Below are positions 15,299-26,183 of a stretch of 64,000 bases of DNA, in pieces. The translations under genes were made by a program, and so were the position numbers. The DNA comes from Schmidtea nova (taxonomy: Eukaryota): positions 574,182,001-574,246,000 of the forward strand of contig CM097882.1 of NCBI GenBank assembly GCA_044892505.1, written 5' to 3'. Each line of letters begins with the position of its first letter. Position 1 is the first letter of the stretch. The notes beneath the pieces are model-generated. The model was not told the origin of the DNA and made no database searches. It worked only from the letters and a program-made list of their open reading frames with translations.

Positions 15299-18200
15299 TT
15301 GTTGAATAATACAGAAGTAGATATGTTATGGGACTCTGGAGCGTCAGTAATAGTCATGAGCAAGAATTTGTGGGTGAGAATAGGCAAACCAGACCTTCAA
15401 TGTAACACTATATTATTATGCGGCGTGTTTTCAACTGGAGGCGAAGGAGCAATGGGATATATGAATATATCGGCCACATGGAATCAGAAGACCAAAAATA
15501 TGACAGTAGTGGTTGTAAAAGAGATCAAGCTTGAATTCATAGGGAGTATTGATACAATGAAAGAGTTTGGAGTAAAGTTAGTGAAGATCAATAATATAGA
15601 AACTTCATACATAAACAAAATCCACACTGATGAAGAAAGAATAAATAAAGCATTATTGGCGATAACAAGTGAAAATAATGAAGACATTGAAGGAATGATC
15701 AGGAAATACGGCGGAATCTTTATGGCGTCGAAATTTGATTTGGGATTTACAAATTTAGTTCAACATGAGATGCGGATAACAGGAGGCCCGATAATGCAAC
15801 ATCCTCGACGTCAACCAATGCACATGGAGAAAAAGATTGAAGAACTGATAAAAGAATTAATAAAAGCAAATTTTATTCAGTGTTGCAAGAGTCCTTGGAA
15901 TGCCCCATTAGTTATAGTAGGGAAGAAAGATGGATCCATCAGGATGTCTGTAGACTATCGTGGATTGAATGCCATAACAGAAAAGGAATCATTTCCTATG
16001 CTTAATACCAAATTCTTACTAGACTGTCTCGCGAATGCAAAAATATTTTCGTCAATTGATTTAGGCCAGGAGTACTATCATGTAGAGTTGGCCCCAGAAA
16101 TTCAAGAAATGACTGCATTCAGTACAAGAGAAGGACAATTTTGCTTAAACAGACTACCGTTTGACTTAGCAACAGCTCCTGCGACATTCCAGAGACTGAT
16201 GCACAAAGTTTTAGAAGGAATGCTATTCAAAGGGGTAGTTGTTTATTTAGATGATATTTTGATTTATGGGAAAAGTCAAAAAGACCACGATGAGCTACTA
16301 GGCGAAATATTTAGAAGAATTCGAATGGCAGGATTGAAGATAAATCCAGAAAAATGCAAATTCAATAAAACAGAATTGTGTTTCCTTGGCCACACAGTTA
16401 ACGAGAAGGGTATCCAGACAAACAGAAAGAAAGTTGAAGAGATCGATAAAGCAATTCAGATCGTTTCTCGGATTAACGAACTATTATAGAAGATTTATTA
16501 AAGACTATGCCAGAATCGCAGAGCCACTATATGCCGCAACATCTGGATGCGCGAAAGATATAATTTGGACTAAAGAATGCAATGAGAGTTTCCAAACACT
16601 GAAGGAACGGTTGTACGAGACACCTATCCTTGATTATCCAAGAGAAGATAGGACATTTATCTTAGACACAGACGCTAGCTTTGGTGCTATTGGTGCAGTT
16701 TTGAGCCAAATTAAAGAAGATGGAGAAGAATCTGTTATAGCTTATGGTTCGAGACATATGACATCATATGAAAAGGTTACTGTGTAACCAGGAAAGAACT
16801 GCTCGCTGTACATGAGTATGTCATAGATTTTAGAGAATATCTTTACGGAAAGAAATTCATAATTCGCACCGACCACAAAGCATTGGTTTTCATGAACACT
16901 ACAAAAACACCAATCAGTCCGCAGTTTCAAACATGGTTAGTTAACTTGTCTGAATATGATTTTGAACTAAAATATCGAAAAGGTGAAGAACATTCGAATG
17001 CAGATGGGCTATCAAGATTAAAAAGTATGATTTGTTCCCAGTGTCAAACAAGACATGAAGATGCCAAGGAAGAAAAGTCAAAAATCAGATTTATATATAC
17101 TATCCAAAGAACAGAAGCTATGGAAAAAGTATTGGAGCAACAGCAGAAGGACATTAGGTTTCGAGAGTTACGAGAGATATTAGAAAATGGATGCGCACGG
17201 GAAAAAAGAATTGTTTCCCATTTAACGTAAAAAATACAAGAATTGATGGAGGATTAATAACAGTCGAAAAGAACGAAAATATTTTAATGTTAGTTCCAGA
17301 ATCCTTTGCAGGCGTATTAACAACAACTCTACATGAAGAATTATGTCATATTGGAGTTAAGAAACTATTCCATTATATGGAAAAGATATTTTACTGGCCG
17401 AAGATGCAAGAATCAATTCAGCTCTGTTTACGATGTTGCGATATCTGCTCTAAGAGAAAGATCGATCAGACAAGAACCAAGGAAATATTTATCCCTATAT
17501 GTAGTTCTGAATTCCTATAACAGATTGTAATGGATGTGGCCTACATGGAAAAAACACCATTAAAAATATATGTTAGTAATTGTGGACCGGTTTAGTAAAT
17601 TGATATCTTTGACCGCAATCCCGAAACAAGACGAAGGCACAATTTTCAAAACTATACTTAACAATTGGATCTATCGATTCGAAAAACCAAAGAGCATTTT
17701 AACAGATAGAGGACGCAATTTCGAAGGGAATTTTCTAAGACAGAGACTACAGAAACTTAGAATCAAACAGGAATTCAGCTCACCTTACCAGCACAATCAA
17801 ATGTATTAGCCAAATGAGCCATACGAACAGTAAGAGATCTTATTACAGCGACATTGGCAGGTGGGTGTGAAGAGAGAAACTGGCATGAACTTCTACCTAG
17901 AATAGAGTTCAGTATAAATAGCAGTCGACAGAGTGCTACAGATTTATCACCATTTGAGATAATTTATGGACGGAGTGTTAACCTACATTCAAACCTGAAA
18001 CAAGCAGAGATATCAAGAAGCGAATGGATAGAAGACGCAAGATATAACTCGAGTAAAGCCGCAGTCACTATGAGAGCTATAGATCTATAAGCTATGAGAG
18101 CTATAGGAACTCGTGTTTTTGAGGTGGGGGAGGAGGTACTCGTACGCAAAGAACCGCAGAACAGACACAAAGATGGTATGCAGTACGATGGCCCATATAA

Positions 18201-18300
18201 AATCATCAGATTTCTATCACCTCATCAAGTCGAACTACATTCGCAAGAAGGAACGAAAGAAAGAAGAATCGAGTGGCTGAAGAAGTGGAAAAGTTCTTAT
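15299..18300 (+). pseudogene. pol: Gypsy pol (protease, RT, RNase H, integrase) broken by several frameshifts and stops
   Basis: LWDSGAS (PR), YLDD (RT), LDTDAS (RH), HEELCH..CDIC and ILTDRG (IN), DGPY, spread over ORFs 15299-16489, 16386-16787, 16883-17230, 17191-17520, 17570-17809, 17854-18375. Confidence 0.9.
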
Positions 18301-18309
18301 GAAGGGGAG
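18301..18309 (+). promoter_or_regulatory. Polypurine tract GAAGGGGAG
   Basis: Lies immediately 5' of the 3' LTR. Confidence 0.85.
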
Positions 18310-18429
18310 AGTTGGATATTTAAATTAACTGGTGTTTTAATAATTGAGTATTTTGGCACTTTTATAAAATTTTAATTAAATAAATCTATGAAGGAATTGC
18401 AGTCTCTTAAAACCGAGTTTGATTTAACT
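18310..18429 (+). repeat. 3' LTR of the Gypsy element
   Basis: Direct repeat of 13822-13941, followed by the TGTTT TSD. Confidence 0.93.
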
Positions 18430-18551
18430 TGTTTACTAAGAGTTTCGGATCTTTTTTTAAAATGCTTAGTGTTTGTGTTCAAATATATTTTTCTATCCCT
18501 TTTCTACGACAAATGCTTTTACCGAGATAAACAACAATGAATAACGTAGAG

Positions 18552-21224
18552 CAGTGGTTCCAAACCTGTCGCCCGCGGGCCAGAAGTGGCCCGCCGGACA
18601 TAAAAAAGTGGCCCTCGGCTTCTCAACAAAGAACACTAAAAATATATCACAATTACACCTTCCATGGAAAACGTTTGCCCTAAATTTAGTTTAAAACTAT
18701 GATATATCAGTATAGTTAAATAAACCATTGACGTCGGACAAACATGCCCCCCTCTCTTACTATTTCCATGGCAAAGCAGGAGAGAGGGCGCGTTCAGCCT
18801 TACAAGAGAGAGGGGTCGTTTGCATTCACCAAATTAATATATTTCAGTAGCTAAATGGGCATATAATAGTAAAATCTGTGTTTAGATAAACTTTTAGTAG
18901 TTTTTCACTAACAATCTGATTTCATTTCCGCTCTTCTGAAATTTTTTTATAATAATTGTTTAATAATTAAACAATTATTATAAAAAAATTAATTAAACTT
19001 TAATTATATAAATTTGTTTAAAAACGAGTTCAGAATTTCAAATCATGAACAAAAGAAAGTTTGAACAAAATAAAAACTTAGCCTGCCGGGAATTTAACGA
19101 CGAATGGAAAGAGATGTATATGTTTACTCTTGGTCGTAACAGAAAGCCAGTCTGCTTGGTTTGTGGATTTAGCGTTTCAGTTGTAAAGAAATATAATATG
19201 GAAAGACATTTCAACAGCAGCCATGCAGATTTGGTCGATAAATATCCAATGGCCTCTGATTGAATGAATGCCCAGCAATCCTTATTTACTAAGATACACG
19301 AGCAAAACAAAAGTATGGTAGTTGCATCGTATGAAGTGGCCCTTCTTTTAGCAAAGAAAAAAAAGCCCTTTACCGATGGAGAAGAGATTGTGAAACCAGT
19401 TCTTGAAATAGCCGCTAGAATGTTAGGAGATAAAAATATTCAAGCCAAGTTTAAAGACATTCCACTATCAAACAATACAATGACAAGACGGATTGAAGAA
19501 CTTGCTGATAACGTTAGTGAGCAAATTGCATTTCACGCAAGTTTTTCTCACTTGCAATGGACGAGTCAACTGACATTAGCAATACCGCTCAGGTATCAAT
19601 TTTTATTCGCGCGGTGAGTAACACTTTAGAGGTTATCGAAGAGCTGCTTGGACTTGAGTCGATACAAGGGACAACCAAAGGCACAGATTTGTTTCGGATT
19701 TTAAAAACATGCGTTGAAAAAAATAAATTGGATTGGGAAAGGTTGGATAGCAATTGCACAGATGGTGCACCAGCTCTGACAGGCAAACATGTTGGATGTT
19801 TGTCTTTGCTAGAAAAATTTCTTGCACGTCCACTTTTAAAATATCACTGCATTATTCATCAGGAGTCGCTTTGTGGGAAAGCCATGAATATGAAGCATGT
19901 TATGGATGTAGTAGTGAAGTGTGTGAACAAAATTCGAGCAAATTCATTGAATAGGCGAGAATTTAGACAGTTTATTTCAGAATTAGATGCTGAATATGGT
20001 GAACTATTGCTGCACTGTGAGGTCAGATGGCTGTCAAAAGGTAAAGTTCTGTCTCGATTCTGGGATTTAAAAAGGAGTATTTTGGAGTTTTTAACGGAAA
20101 TTAATGAGTTGCCTATAGAACGGGAATATCTGGCAAATAATGAATGGCTGAATGATTTAGCATTCTTGGTGGACATTACAGGGCATCTAAACAATTTAAA
20201 TTTGAAGTTGCAGGCAAGTAACAATCTGTTTGCAAATTTGTGTAACTGTGTTGCTTCTTTCAAAATGAAATTACAATTATTTGTTATTCAGTTATCTGAA
20301 AAAAAATTTGACAATTTTCAACACTTACAAGAAAGAATGACAGATAATGACTTTGATGAAGACAAATATAGGAGTAACGTTGTCGAACTTTTGACCAATT
20401 TTCAGTCACGATTTAGTGAATTTGCAGATCAGACTGACAATGTGGCTCTTTTTACAAATCCCTTCAACTTTCCAGATGAGAGGATCAACTGCCTAGATGA
20501 GAATTTGCATCTAGAAATTATAGATCTGAAATGTAACTCGGTTTTGAAAAGTCGATTCGCCGAGCTTCCTGTTATTCCAACTGCAGATGATGTGATATCA
20601 TTTTGGTGCCTGCTCCCAGAGAGTGGATTTGAACATCTGCGATCTTTTGCACAACGTTATGTTTGTCGTTTTGGTAGCACATACAGATGCCAGCAGTCAT
20701 TTTCTGCAATGAAATTGATTAAAAGCAAAAATCGTTCACGCCTCACTGATTCAAACTTGAATGGACTTATGATTTTGGCAACAACTAAACTTCAACCTGA
20801 CATTGAAAAACTGGCTTCTAATATTCAGCCACAAAATTCACATTAAATCCAAATGCCTGGGAATATATTTATTGAAGAATAAAAATATCTTTTAACTACA
20901 AAAATGGTTTATTCCAGAAATCACTATCTCTGGACTTTATTGACGTTCCATTGAATCCACAATTTCTTTATCAAAGTTAAACACCAATAATTATCACTGG
21001 AAATTAATAACTAAACTAAAGTTATTAATCAGGAATTTGTCCATTGTAAAATATTATTGTAAATTGTGTCATGTAAAAAACGTATCCTTGATTTTTTCAT
21101 ATAGAGTATAGACTCATCATAGAGATTTTATCTTCGTAATTTTTAGTTATTTTAACCTTTTTGCCCTTCGTTCCCTCCAACTAAACAAAAGTGGCCCTAA
21201 GCCAAAATAGGTTGGGAATCACTG
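18552..21224 (+). mobile_element. Complete hAT Buster/Charlie-type DNA transposon
   Basis: 16-bp TIRs CAGTGGTTCCAAACCT / CAGTGATTCCCAACCT; perfect 8-bp TSD ACGTAGAG (18544-18551, 21225-21232) with the central TA typical of Buster elements. Confidence 0.95.
19045..20846 (+). pseudogene. Buster/Charlie (SPIN/GTF2IRD2-like) transposase with one in-frame stop (19261) and a frameshift (~19545)
   Basis: PVCLVCG...YNMERHF zinc finger, DESTD, CTDGAPAL, HCIIHQE, VRWLS, FGSTYRCQQSFS. Confidence 0.9.
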
Positions 21225-21449
21225 ACGTAGAGGTAGGTGTGTATTTTTAATACTGTAAGATTGTTGATTTTTTTATGTATTATATAATTAAATAAGACAA
21301 TTAGTTGCTTTGCAAAAACTAAAAATTTATATAATTTGTTTTAATAATTTGAAAAACCTAAAACTGAACATGTACACAAACTCAATTTAAAATCTGAAAC
21401 AGGCACATAATAAGCCCCCTCAAATAAATGCCGATAAATACATAATTAA

Positions 21450-21531
21450 CCCTTTCGCGGACAATGACGTGTATACACGTCATACTACTGCAAAAAAGTA
21501 ATACTACTAAAAAAGTGCGTCCGCGAAAGGG
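21450..21531. mobile_element. 82-bp piggyBac-type MITE
   Basis: Perfect 13-bp TIRs CCCTTTCGCGGAC / GTCCGCGAAAGGG flanked by TTAA on both sides (21446-21449, 21532-21535). Confidence 0.9.
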
Positions 21532-21999
21532 TTAAACTAAAACACATTTAAATTTAAAATAAAACCAAAAAATTGCACGAAGTAAAAAGAAGTAAAAAAA
21601 TAACATGAAACCCCCTAGATGGCTAAGAAAAAGCATAGAGCATGAAAAAATAAAATATTTTTTTTTGAAAAAATATGAAAAGTTAATTTGAAAAATATTT
21701 TATATTGTTATTTATTATAGAAAACCGCCAACTCAGTAAGTTCAACATAAATGCGATATATTTCGATTGTATAACAATCTTCGTCAGGACAATCAATAAT
21801 AAAATAGAAAATATGCTAAATTTAAACAAATTAATCAATAATAATCATCTCCATACTATATCAAAATTTTAATTTAAAAATTTAATTTATTTTATTTTAT
21901 TTTATTACATAAAAAATTTTTTAAATTTAATTAAAAACAAACATTTTACATAGAACAACATACGTATTATTTTAAAAAATAAAATTTAATTTAATAAAA

Positions 22000-23514
22000 A
22001 AACCGAAAGGATCTCAACCTGCAAAGCTTTATGGACTTCCAAAAGTACATAAAGCAGGTATGCCTATGAGACCAGTGTTATCGATGGTAGGAACTGCTCA
22101 ATATAAAATAGCCAAATTTTTGGATGGGTTATTAAAACCTTTAATGATTTCTGAGTTTGAATGTAAGGATAGCTTTGAATTTGCTTCATTTATTGCTGCG
22201 TTGAAGAAAAGTTCTGATGATGAAATTATGGTTTCGTTTGATGTTTGTAGTCTTTTTACTAATGTTCCATTGGCGGAAACAATTGATTTATGTTGTGAAA
22301 TGTGGAATCACAATGAGTCCGAACATAAGAATGTTGATAAAATTGCGTTTCGCAAATTGCTTGAATTTGCAACGTCGAATGTTAATTTTTTGTTTAACAA
22401 TGAATGGTATAAACAAGTGGATGGTGTTGCTATGGGTTCTCCATTAGCCCCAACTATGGCTTCCATTTTTATGTCTAGTTTGGAAAAGAAAATGTCTTCA
22501 TGCCATCTTGTTAAACCAACTGTGTGCAAACGGTATGTTGATGATATTTTTTTAGTGTTTGAGAGTCGTGAACATGTAATGCCTTTTTTAAATTTTATGA
22601 ATGATTTGCATGGGAATATTAAATTCACCTGTGAAGAAGAAAAAATGTCATCGATTGCGTTTTTAGATTTACTCATTCAACGCAAATCGAAACATTATGA
22701 GACTGAAATATACAGAAAGTCGACTGATACTGGTTTGTATACAACGCCTGAGAGTTTTTGTGAATTTAAATATAAAAGGAATATGGTGAGAGGATTAGTG
22801 TTTCGTGCTTGGTCACTATCTTCTACGTTTGTGAATTCAGTAAAAAGTATTGATGTATTGATTGAGTTGCTACTTAAAAACGGTTACTCTAAATCTTTTC
22901 TTGAGAAAATGACAAAAGTGACCGTGGATAAGTTAATGTTGAAATCTGATAATGTTGGTATGCGTATGTCTGAATCTGAGGTACCTATTGATCCTGATAA
23001 AAGTACTGTGTTAATTTCGGAAAGTGACAAAAATCGATCTAATCGCACGGAGCCGAAATATGTGTTGGTATTGCCTTATTCTGAGGGCTTCAGAGAATTT
23101 AAGCATAAGATTCTCAAACATGTAGACAAGGATCAATTTAGGATTGTTTCCACGTCTTGCAAAGTTAGCAGTATGTTCACTAGTAAATGTCCAACGCCAA
23201 TTGGTTTGTGTTCTGAGCTCGTGTATCAATTTTCATGTAATGGGTGTAATGCCACATACATTGGAGAGACTGCCCGTCATCTCTGCACCCGAGTTCTTGA
23301 GCATTGCCGACCAAAAGGATTGACTAATATTAGTGATCATTTTAGGAAATGTGTCAGTAAAAAAATAGGTATCTCTGATTTTAAAATTATTTCAAAGGGT
23401 TTAAGTAATTATTGGGAACGAGTAACTTGTGAGGCATTGTTGATTAGATATTTTAATCCAAAAATAAATGATCAAGTTGCCCGTTCCACTGTTATTTTGA
23501 ATGTGTTTAAGTAA
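22000..23514 (+). CDS. Penelope-type reverse transcriptase plus GIY-YIG endonuclease (5'-truncated; frame open from ~22000)
   Basis: KLYGLPKVHK..PMRP, SFDVCSLFTNVP, MGSPLAP, RYVDD, LVYQFSC..C...YIGET.R. Confidence 0.92.
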   Translation, partial: KPKGSQPAKLYGLPKVHKAGMPMRPVLSMVGTAQYKIAKFLDGLLKPLMISEFECKDSFEFASFIAALKKSSDDEIMVSFDVCSLFTNVPLAETIDLCCEMWNHNESEHKNVDKIAFRKLLEFATSNVNFLFNNEWYKQVDGVAMGSPLAPTMASIFMSSLEKKMSSCHLVKPTVCKRYVDDIFLVFESREHVMPFLNFMNDLHGNIKFTCEEEKMSSIAFLDLLIQRKSKHYETEIYRKSTDTGLYTTPESFCEFKYKRNMVRGLVFRAWSLSSTFVNSVKSIDVLIELLLKNGYSKSFLEKMTKVTVDKLMLKSDNVGMRMSESEVPIDPDKSTVLISESDKNRSNRTEPKYVLVLPYSEGFREFKHKILKHVDKDQFRIVSTSCKVSSMFTSKCPTPIGLCSELVYQFSCNGCNATYIGETARHLCTRVLEHCRPKGLTNISDHFRKCVSKKIGISDFKIISKGLSNYWERVTCEALLIRYFNPKINDQVARSTVILNVFK

Positions 23515-23835
23515 CCGAAGGTTGAATGTTGCGAATTATGTTTGTGGTATAATTATGTTTGTTTTTTTGTAAAAATTTTAATTTTTTAAAATTTTAAAAT
23601 TTGTAAATTTTATGTTGATTGTTAAAATTTTATTAAATTTTATTTTATTTTTTAAAATAATACGTATGTTGTTCTATGTAAAATGTTTGTTTTTAATTAA
23701 ATTTAAAAAATTTTTTATGTAATAAAATAAAATAAATTTTTAAATTAAAATTTTGATATAGTATGGAGATGATTATTATTGATTAATTTGTTTAAATTTA
23801 GCATATTTTCTATTTTATTATTGATTGTCCTGATT

Positions 23836-23878
23836 GCTGCCTGACGAAGATTGTTATACAATCGAAATATATCGCGTT
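23836..23878 (+). ncRNA. Minimal hammerhead-ribozyme-like core in the Penelope pLTR (second copy on minus strand ~21751-21790)
   Basis: CTGACGA-A-[GATTGT TAT ACAATC]-GAAA-TATATC: conserved core, perfect stem II and a palindromic stem III. Stem I pairing is weak. Confidence 0.6.
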
Positions 23879-24149
23879 TATGTTGAACTTACTGAGTTGG
23901 CGTTTTTCTATAATTAAATCATTGCCACGTTTTTTTGATTATTGTTATTTATAATGAAAATTTCTAATTGTAAATAGTTTTTAATTGTTTATAAAATTTT
24001 AATAAAATAAATAGAAAATTAGTTAAATTATAAAATTATTATAAATAATTTATAAATGTTTTGTAAGAATTTAATTTTGAAAGAAAAATTAACAAAAGTT
24101 ATTTATAGAATAAATGACGTCAGGAAACTTGTTTAGATACGATAATTCA

Positions 24150-25580
24150 AAGTCATCTAAAAATGGCTATATATGCTGACGTTAAAACACTCCAAATAAC
24201 ATCGTTTTTGAAGCAACAATTTTTCTGGACAGAGCTTCTGTGCACTTGACTTGGGTTAGTGTTCACCATTTTTATTCGACCCAGTCGATCATGTCCAGAC
24301 TGGTGACCATTTTTGTTCATTGATGTAGCTTGTTTGTTCCAGACAAATGCCATTGTAAGGTATATATTTTTACTGCTGATTATATTTTTTAGAGCCTTCG
24401 GATTTTTCTTTATGTTGATATTTTGAAAATGACTCATCAATCGCATGCACGGTCAACAAGCAAAAATTAAACTCCACTACATATGACCAAATTCACAGAA
24501 GACTTGAACGGTAGTAAATCGGCGCGAGAATTTTTTGTGGCCCGTGCTCAGGATGCATAATGAGCAGCTGATGCCAACGGACAGCCTCCTTGAATAACGT
24601 GGTAACCCAGAACTTAACAGGACCTACCAAGCGGAATTAGAGAAAAATTCCGTGTGGAAACATATTTGCCATTAATTGATAAATTGTCAGTTGGATTGGA
24701 CAGTTTAACAAAAGCTTATAATTCAGTGTACAACTTATTTGGTGTTCTAACATAATTTTGGAAACTTTCAACAAATGATGTGGCTGTTCGAGCTGATTTA
24801 CTCCAACAACGGTATCCAAATGGTCTAGAAAGTTCTTTTTCGGAAGAGATACAACATTTTAAACTTTTCATTCAGAATTTCCTTAAAAGTAAAAATCAAG
24901 AAGAAAATCAATTAGTTCACAGGTTGTATAGCTTATTATTTGACTTGAATCTTGGCAGTTCATTTCCAAACATCGAAGTTGCATTTAGAATATATATCAG
25001 CTTGATGGTTAGTAATGCTAGTGGAGACAGGACATTTTTAAAATTGAAGTTCATTAAAAATGAACTTAGAACATGTATGCTGCAAGAACGGCTAAACAAC
25101 TTGTCTTTAATGTCAATTAAAGAAGGAACTCCTACAAAAAATTGATTTTGATGACGTCATCAATGATTTCATTTTAGCAAAGCGTCGAAAAATTAACATC
25201 TAATAAATAACACTATATAAGTTTTAAATTACGAATATCAATAAGTATGGTCATTGTGATGGAGACGTTATAACTAACAGTAACACCCAAGAAGACCGAA
25301 GAAGCGATTGAATTTAATAAATAATTTATTTTTTAGTTAATTTATTTTTATCAATGATCAATCATTCTAAATAAATATTTTTCTCATTTCTTTGCTCATT
25401 ATAAATTTATTCAAATTATTCTATTGATCTCAAATTTGACTAAATACCTATAGGAAAGATTCTTTAAAAATGAAGTTTTCAGAGGTTTAATTTTTGAGAT
25501 AAAATTATGCCCGACAAGAAGGGTCCCAGATATTTTTGGCACAGCTGCACATGGCCACCTAAATGTTTAATCCGGCACTG
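24150..25580 (+). mobile_element. Degenerate hAT (ZMYM1-like) transposon, 3' portion
   Basis: ORF 24780-25145 has the hAT dimerisation motif FPNIEVAFRIYISLMVSNASGDRTF.KLK.IKN.LR..M.QERLN.LSLMSI. The right TIR TTAATCCGGCACTG ends at 25580. Confidence 0.75.
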
Positions 25581-26183
25581 CGTTTCCAACTTATCGTCGA
25601 TGAAAATTCTGGCGGCATGTTTAGTCTATTGAACATATAAAAATGCTACAAATTTCGTGTAATTGATAGGCTTTTACGCTTTCAGTATTCTTATTCACAT
25701 GGATTTTATTTACGGGTAGCTTATCGCACTGTTCACTCGGTTAAAATTCATGTCTATCACGCTGCTAACATTCGAATTTACTCGTTATTTTGTATATGCT
25801 TCTTTCATCAGAATTTTTGTCGTAACGGGTCATTTATCTCATTTTAACTAATCACTCTTCACTCGATGATTTCTTTGTAAAAGTTAAATTACTCTTCAGT
25901 TTAATTTTGGATTTGTGGGAATTAATCAAAAATTTGTTATTTTCCGCTGACATCAGATGCCTATTAACCCATACTACTGCCACCATAATCTCGACATTCC
26001 GCTGCTTGTATCACGATTGTCTCACCATCCGCTCGAAACCCAATGTGCGAAGTTAATGGCCGGGCCATCGGAAAGCCGGCGACCGGTTTAGTCGTACATG
26101 ACTCTCAAGAACAAGAGCGTCTCAAAAATTTCCAGAAATATTCAAAGTCAAAATTGAAAAACAAATTTATGATGATATAAACA

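Larger units (their letters stand above)
13822..18429 (+). mobile_element. Full-length Ty3/Gypsy LTR retrotransposon (4.6 kb) with disrupted pol
   Basis: 120-bp LTRs (13822-13941, 18310-18429) with 1 mismatch and AGTT...AACT termini; 5-bp TSD TGTTT on both sides; gag-PR-RT-RH-IN order. Confidence 0.95.
21715..23913 (+). mobile_element. Penelope-like element, 5'-truncated, with an inverted pseudo-LTR copy at its 5' side
   Basis: 21715-~21995 is the reverse complement of ~23630-23913, and an RT plus GIY-YIG ORF lies between them. Confidence 0.92.

Noticed and set aside
25580-26183. Sequence between two hAT elements containing TTAACCC and CATACTACTGC (shared with the piggyBac MITE)
   Set aside because: No matching second terminus and no transposase motif in any frame I read.
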